A stretch of DNA of 32,000 nt from the sequence record OP628075.1. One strand, given 5' to 3'. The stretch comes from Lysinibacillus phage vB_LfM_LysYB1. Position 1 is the first letter of the stretch, and each line of letters begins with the position of its first letter. Below are positions 16,952-24,760 of the stretch, one piece after another. The position numbers and the translations under genes were made by a program. The notes beneath the pieces are model-generated. The model was not told the DNA's origin and ran no database searches. It worked only from the letters and a program-made list of their open reading frames with translations.

Positions 16952-18877
16952 ATGACATTGCAAATTCCGCATGATACTGGATACCCTTGGCGCTTAGATA
17001 GATTTGTAGAATATCAACACAGAGTTCGCTCAATCCATCCAATAACGCTATGTGAATATGCCAACCGTCGTGGGCTAGATGAAGATGACTGTATTTTCCT
17101 ATCTTGGCTTATGTGCGTAACATATTCAGAGATAACAGCTATCTATATGTTTGAAAAGATAGACTGGAGAACTATGACTGAGGAATCACTTGAGAAATTC
17201 TGGACGGAGAACAAACCGAACCTGATATTTGGTTCAGCTAGAAAACACGCTAAAAACCAAAACTGGTTTGTACCTTTGTTAAAGAGCTTTTCTGAAATAA
17301 TCGCTCCCAACCCTTCTGCTTGGTTGAAAGCATTCTGGGAGGAGGACGTGGTTGAAACATACGAACATGTTGAGAAAGCCATTCGTAAAATTCGTTACAT
17401 TGGACGATTCGCAGCGGACTTGTTCTTGGAAATGCTTATAGCGTTCAACAAACTAGGGCGTACAAGTTTGGAACTAGAACAACCTGCGGAGCTTGATTGG
17501 AAGAATTGTGCCAACCTAACCTCTGCTGTATTTAACGTTCTGTATATGGACGAGGAAGCTGACCAGTTTGATAAAACAGGCAAGATTGCTCCAGAGCACT
17601 TCAGCTTACTCAACGCTGAAATCCAGAATATACAGAAAGCTATACAGAAACGTTATCCAGAACAAGAGTCAAGCGTGCCTTTAGTGGTAGGAAAGCTGTG
17701 TAGCTTCCGTAACCTGTTCAAGGCTTCACGCTACGGAGGATTCCATCACGATAGACAGCTTGGTAACATTAAGAAGTACGAACAAAGTTATCCACAAGAC
17801 AAAGAGCTTTGGGATATGTGCTATGCTATGCGCTCCTTCTTGTTCCATGAATCCTTACTTGGAGAAGTTGGTGGATGGGACGATATTCGAAAAGAAATGA
17901 AGAAGCTGTTTGTGCAAGAGGGCAAGACTGGAGTTGAAGAAGTCCCAGACCACGCTACAAAGGAAATCAAGGACATTAGAGGCAACATCAACAATGTTGT
18001 ACAACGAAAGGTTGTGAAGAAACCAGAGCCTGAAGCACAACCAGAACCTGCTCCAGAACCAGAACCAGAGCCTGAAGAACAAGAGACTGTGAAGGCTGAA
18101 GTGAGAAGTCCGATAACAGCTCTAAGCTCAAGAATTATGGTTGTTGACCCTTACGTGTATACAGAAAGAAAGCGTGTTGACAAAACATTCCCAGAGAAAA
18201 TCCGCAAGGCTTGGGAGAAGAACACAATTGACTTCTGTTATTTCCCTGTCGAGCCTTTCCATTATCGAGAGGTAAAACGACACGCTACAGAAATGGCTGT
18301 GGATACTTGTGTGGAGCTTAACATACCATTCTCTATGGAAACTCGCAATGCTGTACCTGACTGGGCTGTGGAAGCTCTAAGTCGCAACAAGAATAGTGAA
18401 ATCCGTATCTGTATGAACACTCTTGAAGAGAAGAAATGGAAAGTACAATATCCTGGCGCTGCTAGTCCAAAGGTTCTTATGGACAGTTTCATAAGATGTT
18501 TCAACGGCGGAGTATTCACAATTCTGAAAGTTGCTCCTATACTACCAGTAGTTGTAGAGCCATATGACGTGTTTCAGGTGGTCGATATGGTGAAGAACTG
18601 GACTTCACAAGTTGAGGTATGTTTTGCCTCTTTCAACCACGAGGAAATGGAGCTATTGAAGGAGAGAGTGCCTAAACAATACGAGGAGATTCTTGGACAC
18701 TATCGTAGAATAGGTGACCGTTGGTATGTGGTTGATAACTACCGTAAGGAGTTCTTGGAACGACTAAACACATTCTCAACTGGGTGGAAATTGAACCTAA
18801 AAGTGCTCAACGAAATCACTGTGGACGGCGATAGCAACGTGACTCTAATTGAAATTGGGAGTAAAGAAAACAAATAA
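16952..18877 (+). CDS. candidate aGPT-PPlase-like base-modification transferase fused to a C-terminal TIM-barrel/radical-SAM-like domain lacking CxxxCxxC
   Basis: 641 aa; N-terminus IFLSWLMCVTYSEITAIYMFEKIDW...NLIFGSARKHAKNQNWF resembles phage amino-acid:DNA transferases; Pro/Glu linker; C-terminus IRICMNTLEEKKWKVQYPGAASPKVLMDSFIRCFNGGVFTILKVAPILPVV. Confidence 0.5.
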   Translation: MTLQIPHDTGYPWRLDRFVEYQHRVRSIHPITLCEYANRRGLDEDDCIFLSWLMCVTYSEITAIYMFEKIDWRTMTEESLEKFWTENKPNLIFGSARKHAKNQNWFVPLLKSFSEIIAPNPSAWLKAFWEEDVVETYEHVEKAIRKIRYIGRFAADLFLEMLIAFNKLGRTSLELEQPAELDWKNCANLTSAVFNVLYMDEEADQFDKTGKIAPEHFSLLNAEIQNIQKAIQKRYPEQESSVPLVVGKLCSFRNLFKASRYGGFHHDRQLGNIKKYEQSYPQDKELWDMCYAMRSFLFHESLLGEVGGWDDIRKEMKKLFVQEGKTGVEEVPDHATKEIKDIRGNINNVVQRKVVKKPEPEAQPEPAPEPEPEPEEQETVKAEVRSPITALSSRIMVVDPYVYTERKRVDKTFPEKIRKAWEKNTIDFCYFPVEPFHYREVKRHATEMAVDTCVELNIPFSMETRNAVPDWAVEALSRNKNSEIRICMNTLEEKKWKVQYPGAASPKVLMDSFIRCFNGGVFTILKVAPILPVVVEPYDVFQVVDMVKNWTSQVEVCFASFNHEEMELLKERVPKQYEEILGHYRRIGDRWYVVDNYRKEFLERLNTFSTGWKLNLKVLNEITVDGDSNVTLIEIGSKENK

Positions 18878-18887
18878 CGCTTTATTT
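18857..18887 (+). promoter_or_regulatory. middle-type promoter candidate overlapping the 3' end of the upstream ORF
   Basis: GGGAGT (18857-18862), 18-bp gap, TTTATTT (18881-18887). Confidence 0.5.
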
Positions 18888-18914
18888 ATGTTGTATACCA
18901 AGTAAGGAGGAGAA

Positions 18915-19580
18915 ATGATGGAAAGAAAACCTATAGAACTGGAACGGGTGGCACTAGAGGACTTTGTAGCAAACTTTGAAGGCTCTATGCCAGAGAACCT
19001 AAAACTGATTAATATTAGAGGTTGTAACGGAGCTGGCAAGTCATCCATTCCTCTGTCGTTCTTTGCGGCAGACCGCGGAGCTTTCATATTTACATTGAAC
19101 GGTAAAGACCGAGCAACTTGCTTCCCTTCATATGGCTTTGTAGCTATGGGACGCTACCGTACAAAGACGGGTGGGCTAGATGGTTTCAAAGGGAATGATG
19201 AAACTAAGGAAGTATTGGAAGCACTTTGGAAAACACCGTTCAGTATCCTTATGGAAGGTGTCATTAGTTCAACGATTTTCTCCACATACGCTGACCTGTT
19301 CAAGCAGCTTGAGACTCGTGATGACCCAAAACGAGCTATTGGTATTATGAACTTGGTTCCACCATTACAGACGGCTCTTGACCGAGTACAGAAGCGAAAC
19401 GGCGGAAAGCCCGTTGATGAAAAGGCTATCACAAGCAAGTGGAACACTGTAGACCGTAACGCTGATAAGTTCAAAGCTGAAGGGTTGAACAGCTGGAAAT
19501 CCGACAACAGTGTAATTGAGCGTGAAGAAACGTTGAATTGGTTCTTGGAAGAAATCAAAAAGAATATGGAGGTTGAATAA
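18915..19580 (+). CDS. P-loop kinase, candidate 5-hydroxymethyluracil DNA kinase
   Basis: LINIRGCNGAGKSSIPLSFF (Walker A); neighbours resemble hypermodification proteins. Confidence 0.6.
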   Translation: MMERKPIELERVALEDFVANFEGSMPENLKLINIRGCNGAGKSSIPLSFFAADRGAFIFTLNGKDRATCFPSYGFVAMGRYRTKTGGLDGFKGNDETKEVLEALWKTPFSILMEGVISSTIFSTYADLFKQLETRDDPKRAIGIMNLVPPLQTALDRVQKRNGGKPVDEKAITSKWNTVDRNADKFKAEGLNSWKSDNSVIEREETLNWFLEEIKKNMEVE

Positions 19581-19582
19581 TT

Positions 19583-19852
19583 ATGGATAATAGTTCATCA
19601 TCAGCAAAAACTGCTGTTCCTACATCGGGTGGTTTAGTACCTCAAGCGGAAGCGCTCAATCAAAACTTGAACCAACTGTATGGAATGGTTCTTGAAGTGA
19701 AAGATACACTATTTGGAAGTATGCCTATGTGCGGGGAGAGTTCTGAAGGGCTTACAAGTCCTTCTTTGGAGAACTCTGTGAAAAATTCAAGTGATGTGAC
19801 GAAAGACATCGCAGGATTGGTTGCGGAAATACTACGTAGTTTGAAAGGATAG
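19583..19852 (+). CDS. hypothetical small Ser-rich protein
   Basis: 89 aa ORF in operon between kinase and helical-domain protein. Confidence 0.6.
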   Translation: MDNSSSSAKTAVPTSGGLVPQAEALNQNLNQLYGMVLEVKDTLFGSMPMCGESSEGLTSPSLENSVKNSSDVTKDIAGLVAEILRSLKG

Positions 19853-19862
19853 GGGATATTAC

Positions 19863-21029
19863 ATGGGACTTCAAAATGAAAACAAGAAACAATTTGTACA
19901 TCCAGGGGAAGTAAGTGACTACGAGTTCTTCAAGTCTATGGAACTGGACATTCGACCACATTGGGAACCACAATACATCAAGTTCCCTAACGAGAACGTT
20001 AAACTGCGTGTTGACCCAGCTACAGGGAAAACTCTTTGGGATATGTACTTTGAAAACCTTGTAGAGCGTCAAAACATATGGTACAAGCGTGTTATGTTAG
20101 GACAACCAAAGCCTTGGACGGAAGACCCTGTTATGAGTCAATATCACTTTACTAACGTTGACCGTAAGCTTGACCGAGTAACATTGTACTACATTGATAA
20201 TGTGTTAGAAGCGTACAAGAAGGACTACAATTCATCCAACGGCGCTCTTGAAATGGAAATCGCAAATAAGTATCTCCTGTTGAACACGTTTATTTACCGT
20301 TTATTTGTGCGTCCTGCCACTTGGGAGCGTATGGGTTATATTGATTCAAAGTCACCTGATAACGCTTGGGAAAACGCCAAAGCAGCTGTCAGAGAAATGA
20401 AACGTCGAGGGGAAACAGTTTGGACGGATGCATACTTTGTAAACGACCTAAAATCAGCTAATCCAGACAAGGCAAACAGCAGTGATAAAGTAGAGAACGC
20501 TATTTGCTTAATTCAGTTTATTATTGACCACCTTGACGAGCTTGCTGAATTCACGTTCAACCCTGACAACAATATGGAATCGGTTATTGACAAGTTCACT
20601 ATGATTCCTGCTGTTGGACTGTTTACGGCTTATGAAGTATCGCTAGACCTAGCTATGGTGACTGAAATGACTGGTATACCTTATGTAACTTGGACTGCTG
20701 ACTATTATCCAAACGTTGGACCAGGTTGTAAAAAGGGCATAGACTACGTGTTTGAAGACCGTGGGGGGTTGAACTATGTGCAAATAGTGTTCCTGACTGT
20801 GGCTGCTTACAAACACAACCTAGCAAGACTTGGTCTTGAGTACAAGTTCCAACCAGGAACGACTGAGCTTGACCTGCGCTGCTTGGAAGGTTGGTACTGT
20901 GAATCGCAGAAATATTTCAACTACTATGCTACAGAGCAGGGCTACGATTGGGCAAAAGGAAAGCGACCAAAGAAGAAGATGAACTTACGCACTGAAGATG
21001 TTTCTTGGTTACAGCCAAGAAACAACTAA
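19863..21029 (+). CDS. 5hmU-DNA-kinase helical-domain-like protein (hypermodification)
   Basis: 388 aa; PVMSQYHFTNVDRKLDRVTLYYIDNVLEAY, VGLFTAYEVSLDLAM, VGPGCKKGIDYVF match the recalled HMUDK_hel/aGPT-PPlase pattern. Confidence 0.6.
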   Translation: MGLQNENKKQFVHPGEVSDYEFFKSMELDIRPHWEPQYIKFPNENVKLRVDPATGKTLWDMYFENLVERQNIWYKRVMLGQPKPWTEDPVMSQYHFTNVDRKLDRVTLYYIDNVLEAYKKDYNSSNGALEMEIANKYLLLNTFIYRLFVRPATWERMGYIDSKSPDNAWENAKAAVREMKRRGETVWTDAYFVNDLKSANPDKANSSDKVENAICLIQFIIDHLDELAEFTFNPDNNMESVIDKFTMIPAVGLFTAYEVSLDLAMVTEMTGIPYVTWTADYYPNVGPGCKKGIDYVFEDRGGLNYVQIVFLTVAAYKHNLARLGLEYKFQPGTTELDLRCLEGWYCESQKYFNYYATEQGYDWAKGKRPKKKMNLRTEDVSWLQPRNN

Positions 21030-21074
21030 AAGTTCTTATGTCTATGTCCAATATTACTAAGTATCTGTAACTAG

Positions 21075-21299
21075 GTGGTGAATAATATGGACAAAGCTGG
21101 TAAATACGTTCCTGGTCTCGGAAAACAATTCCAAATTGGTGAAGGCGAGTTCGACGTTGAAGCTGTTCGTAAGGCTGTTGGAGCTGGAGTTCAAGTTGAA
21201 AAGCAAGCAGACAGCATGGCTACTGACGTTGAAGGCTTAAAAGCTGACTTCAACTCTTTACTAGAGAAGTTACGAACTGCTGGAATTATGAAGCAATAA
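21075..21299 (+). CDS. hypothetical small protein
   Basis: 74 aa ORF; likely start ATG 21087 after TAGGTGG. Confidence 0.55.
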   Translation: MVNNMDKAGKYVPGLGKQFQIGEGEFDVEAVRKAVGAGVQVEKQADSMATDVEGLKADFNSLLEKLRTAGIMKQ

Positions 21300-21307
21300 T
21301 GAGATGG

Positions 21308-21337
21308 GGAAGCTCTCTGAAGCTTCCTTTTCTTTTT
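21308..21337 (+). terminator. intrinsic terminator
   Basis: GGAAGCT / AGCTTCC stem then TTTTCTTTTT. Confidence 0.8.
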
Positions 21338-21361
21338 GTCGATATTTTCATGAAATAAGTC

Positions 21362-21390
21362 TTGACGGTGTGGTTGAGTTATAGTATGCT
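21362..21390 (+). promoter_or_regulatory. sigmaA-type promoter (repeated cassette)
   Basis: TTGACG (21362-21367), 17-bp spacer, TATGCT (21385-21390). Confidence 0.75.
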
Positions 21391-21445
21391 TAATTTGTGG
21401 GTGAGGAAATCCACAAAATAACTGAGTCGAAAAGGAGAAGTTAAA

Positions 21446-21676
21446 ATGAAAAATTTACAAGCATTCGTAGCTGAGGTTACTACTACAGAGGAGCGACTTG
21501 AAATAAAAGCTCTAGCAGGAAGATACGGATTTATGTTTGTTCAAGTATCTAACACAGTAGTAACTACTGAGGAAGTATTCACGGACGCTGAAGAGTTCCA
21601 AGAGTGGTTAGAACGTATGGAAATTATAGAAGTTCATAAAACACAGGAGTTCTTCAGAGAACTAGCGACAGTTTAA
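21446..21676 (+). CDS. hypothetical small protein
   Basis: 76 aa ORF, AAAGGAGAAG RBS, own promoter and terminator. Confidence 0.75.
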   Translation: MKNLQAFVAEVTTTEERLEIKALAGRYGFMFVQVSNTVVTTEEVFTDAEEFQEWLERMEIIEVHKTQEFFRELATV

Positions 21677-21681
21677 CAACC

Positions 21682-21712
21682 AAGTCCCGTCATACTTATG
21701 GCGGGACTTTTA
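21682..21712 (+). terminator. terminator-like hairpin
   Basis: AAGTCCCG / CGGGACTT then TTACATT. Confidence 0.65.
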
Positions 21713-21718
21713 CATTAT

Positions 21719-21749
21719 AGGAGAAAATTTTGAGAAACCGCCTTTATTT
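21719..21749 (+). promoter_or_regulatory. middle-type promoter upstream of the TS homolog
   Basis: AGGAGA (21719-21724), 18-bp gap, TTTATTT (21743-21749). Confidence 0.6.
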
Positions 21750-21779
21750 ATACGATTCACGAAAAGGAGGAAACAGTAT

Positions 21780-22964
21780 ATGGCAAACATTTTTTCATCT
21801 GACAACCCCAGTCAGATGTACCTTGACGCACTAACTACTACACTCAAAGAGGGACAGACAGTTTCACCGAGAGGTAAAGCAGTCAAGGAGATTCGCCCAG
21901 TTATTTTGGAGTTCACAAACCCTTTGAACCGTGTTACGTTCGTGAAAGGGCGTAAAGTAAACCCATTCTTCCAAATGGCAGAAGCTCTTTGGATTCTAGC
22001 TGGACGTGCTGACGTGGAGTGGTTAACACACTACAATAGCAATATGGCTCAATTCTCTGATGATGGCGTGTTCTTCAACGCTCCATATGGTGAACGGCTA
22101 CGTTACTGGAACTTCAACTCTGCACGAGACTTCATTTTCAACCCTATCGACCAACTGCACGACGTGCTGAAGAAGTTACAGGCTGATAAGTATTCTCGTC
22201 AAGCTGTAGCTGTTATCTACAACCCGTTGTTTGATAATGCTGAATACGGCGGTAAAGATACGCCTTGTAACCTTATTCTCACATTTAAAATCCGTGAGAA
22301 CGCAGAGGGCGTTGACGCACTAGACCTTACAGTGTTTAACCGCTCTAATGATGTTCACTGGGGTACTTTCGGAGCTAATCTATGTCAATTCACTACGATT
22401 CAAGAAACCGTAGCAGCTTGGTTAGGGCTTCCAGTTGGTAAGTACTGTCCAACTTCAGATTCTCTACACGTTTATTTGGATGACTACGGTGCGGGAAACA
22501 CTGACAAGATTATGGAAGCTTACAAACTAACTGACGCTAACTGGGAGCATGAGCCGATTCCTGAAGTAGAACACTTCACATTCCCAGACGAACCAAGAAT
22601 CACGCTTGGGTTTGAAGACTTCAACCGATTCCTGGCTGAATACTTCAACGGACGCTTAGATGAAATGATTCACACAGATATGTATATTACTGATAACCGT
22701 TCAGCGACTAGCTTATTGGAATCAGTATTGTGTGCGCCAGATGAATACTTCAAGAACACATTGCTTGCTATGTTAGCTTACCGCGGTCATCGTCTTGGTA
22801 ATGTTGACTTAGTCATTAAGGCTATGGGATACATGAAGGATTCACAGTGGAAACTGTCTTGTTTGTTCTTCCTATACAACTCTTATAAAGACAACGAACA
22901 ATTTACAGACCTGTATAAACACTACGATGACGCTATGAAATTGTATATAGAGGGGGTGAATTGA
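21780..22964 (+). CDS. thymidylate synthase / dUMP hydroxymethylase family
   Basis: DTPCNLILTF active-site Cys, FNRSNDVHWGTFGANLCQFTTIQE with retained Asn, APYGERLRYW, SDSLHVYLDD. Confidence 0.88.
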   Translation: MANIFSSDNPSQMYLDALTTTLKEGQTVSPRGKAVKEIRPVILEFTNPLNRVTFVKGRKVNPFFQMAEALWILAGRADVEWLTHYNSNMAQFSDDGVFFNAPYGERLRYWNFNSARDFIFNPIDQLHDVLKKLQADKYSRQAVAVIYNPLFDNAEYGGKDTPCNLILTFKIRENAEGVDALDLTVFNRSNDVHWGTFGANLCQFTTIQETVAAWLGLPVGKYCPTSDSLHVYLDDYGAGNTDKIMEAYKLTDANWEHEPIPEVEHFTFPDEPRITLGFEDFNRFLAEYFNGRLDEMIHTDMYITDNRSATSLLESVLCAPDEYFKNTLLAMLAYRGHRLGNVDLVIKAMGYMKDSQWKLSCLFFLYNSYKDNEQFTDLYKHYDDAMKLYIEGVN

Positions 22965-23183
22965 TTGTTTCCAACTAAAAGTGAAGTTGTAAAAGCTTAT
23001 AATAAGCTGAAGAAAGTCCTTTGGTCTGATAAGAAGTCTGACAAAGCGTTGTCTTGGTACTTTATTGGGTTAACGGTTGCTATGGTAGTCTCTATGCTAG
23101 CAACTTTTGGTCACTTCTTCTCACAGTTAGTTATTCTGTATCTTTACTTGTCATCCGTAACAAACACTGTAAACAAACACTGA
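22965..23183 (+). CDS. small predicted membrane protein
   Basis: 72 aa; hydrophobic WYFIGLTVAMVVSMLATFGHFFSQLVILYLYL. Confidence 0.6.
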   Translation: MFPTKSEVVKAYNKLKKVLWSDKKSDKALSWYFIGLTVAMVVSMLATFGHFFSQLVILYLYLSSVTNTVNKH

Positions 23184-23207
23184 AACTAAAACCTGGAGGA
23201 AACCTGT

Positions 23208-23621
23208 ATGAAACTAAGCGGAAAGCCATTTTTAGAAGGACAACTTATCATTGGAGTGGACTTTGACGGCACAATAACTCAACAACCAGATATGGCGGAC
23301 ACTATGACTTTACAACCAGAGTGTAAACGTGTTCTGGAGAAATGGAAATATGCTGGAGTGCGCCTGGTACTTTGGACTTGTCGAACAGGTACGGCTTTCG
23401 ATAACGCTCTTGCCTTCTTAGAAGCTAATGACATGCTTCACCTGTTCGACGCTGTGAACGACCAATTGCCCGAGATGTATGAGAAATATGAAATTATTTC
23501 TCGTAAGCTTGGAGCTGACATCTATATTGATGATAGAAATTTAGGTTGCGTTATTGACTGGAAGAAGTTTGAAGCGCAACTTGAGTACCTGATACAAAGT
23601 ATTGCGACATCAAGAATTTAA
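23208..23621 (+). CDS. HAD-superfamily phosphatase
   Basis: IIGVDFDGTIT motif I, LVLWTCRTG motif II, IYIDDRNLG motif IV. Confidence 0.8.
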   Translation: MKLSGKPFLEGQLIIGVDFDGTITQQPDMADTMTLQPECKRVLEKWKYAGVRLVLWTCRTGTAFDNALAFLEANDMLHLFDAVNDQLPEMYEKYEIISRKLGADIYIDDRNLGCVIDWKKFEAQLEYLIQSIATSRI

Positions 23622-23681
23622 CAAGCAACCTAGATAACATGAAACAATAACCAAACAAGGACTACGCAATATAAATCAATC

Positions 23682-24113
23682 TTGGAGGTTATTATGATGA
23701 GTTTGAAAGAACGAATAAAGGAATGCTTGAATCGGTATACTACTATTAGCGATGAAGGTTTTGAGGACTTTTACAAGTTGTATTCTTCCATGCCGTACTT
23801 CTCTGAAGATATGGAATTTAGACGGGACAACGTTTTATTTGTTTTTGTGTTTGTTTTTATGGCCAAGATACAGTATGCTAAAGAAGGAACATACGGAAAT
23901 AGCTGGGAAAAACGAAAAGAAGTTGGCGTGTTCATGAATATGGCAAGAAAGTTTGACCGTCTAGAAAACATGATTATTGATGGGAAGAAAGATGAAGTAG
24001 GAGAAAGCAAAGCGGACACAGTAGCTGATGAAGGAGTTTATTCTGTGCTGTGGCTCACTTACATTCTACGTGAAAGCCCAGAGGAGTTCACGCAGTGGAT
24101 GGCAAGCATTTAA
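23682..24113 (+). CDS. hypothetical protein
   Basis: 143 aa ORF with CTTGGAGG RBS-like sequence upstream. Confidence 0.6.
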   Translation: MEVIMMSLKERIKECLNRYTTISDEGFEDFYKLYSSMPYFSEDMEFRRDNVLFVFVFVFMAKIQYAKEGTYGNSWEKRKEVGVFMNMARKFDRLENMIIDGKKDEVGESKADTVADEGVYSVLWLTYILRESPEEFTQWMASI

Positions 24114-24129
24114 AAATTTATGAATGTGC

Positions 24130-24160
24130 CAGAGAATATTTACGATTACGCGCTTTATTT
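24130..24160 (+). promoter_or_regulatory. middle-type promoter candidate upstream of the HU-like gene
   Basis: CAGAGA (24130-24135), 18-bp gap, TTTATTT (24154-24160). Confidence 0.5.
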
Positions 24161-24222
24161 AGTTCAGAAGCTCACTGAGAGTCTTCTGAGACAACACCAA
24201 AAATTGACTGGAGGAAATTAAA

Positions 24223-24546
24223 ATGAACAAAACAGACATGATTGACTACCTGGTGGCAAACAGTAAGGGTGAGCTTAACAAGAAGCAAGCTACAATTGCA
24301 GTGGAGCTTCACCTGGACGCTATCGAGGATACTCTGAAAGCTGGAGACAAAGTACAACTTGTTGGATATTACACTATCGAGCCAGTAGCTCGCGCAGCCC
24401 GCAAAGGACATAATCCGCAGACAGGCGAAGACCTTGAAATCGCACCTAAAATGAGCGTAAGCACTAAAGCTGGAAAGAAGCTAAAAGCAGCAGTTGAGCC
24501 ATTGGACATCACAAAGTATATCAAAGAAAAGAAAGAAGACGAATAA
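24223..24546 (+). CDS. HU/IHF-like DNA-binding protein
   Basis: MNKTDMIDYLVANSKGELNKKQATIAVELHLDAIEDTLKAGDKVQLVGYYTIEPVARAARKGHNPQTGEDLEIAP. Confidence 0.85.
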   Translation: MNKTDMIDYLVANSKGELNKKQATIAVELHLDAIEDTLKAGDKVQLVGYYTIEPVARAARKGHNPQTGEDLEIAPKMSVSTKAGKKLKAAVEPLDITKYIKEKKEDE

Positions 24547-24631
24547 CTCATTACGTGCTACATTCCCCGTTAGCACAGGTAAAATGCCTATGAATTGCCT
24601 TTTTAACGCCCAATTAAAAATATAAAATTTG

Positions 24632-24672
24632 AACAGAGCAGATGGGATTGCCCACCCAACTGCTCTGTTTTT
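24632..24672 (+). terminator. intrinsic terminator after the HU-like gene
   Basis: AACAGAGCAG / CTGCTCTGTT stem with TTT following. Confidence 0.8.
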
Positions 24673-24709
24673 CCGTTCTCTGAATGTATACATATATCGT
24701 GAAAAATAT

Positions 24710-24740
24710 TAGAGTAAATTTTGATATATTCCCTTTATTT
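24710..24740 (+). promoter_or_regulatory. middle-type promoter candidate upstream of DNA polymerase
   Basis: TAGAGT (24710-24715), 18-bp gap, TTTATTT (24734-24740). Confidence 0.55.
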
Positions 24741-24760
24741 AAGACATAGGAGGGGATACA

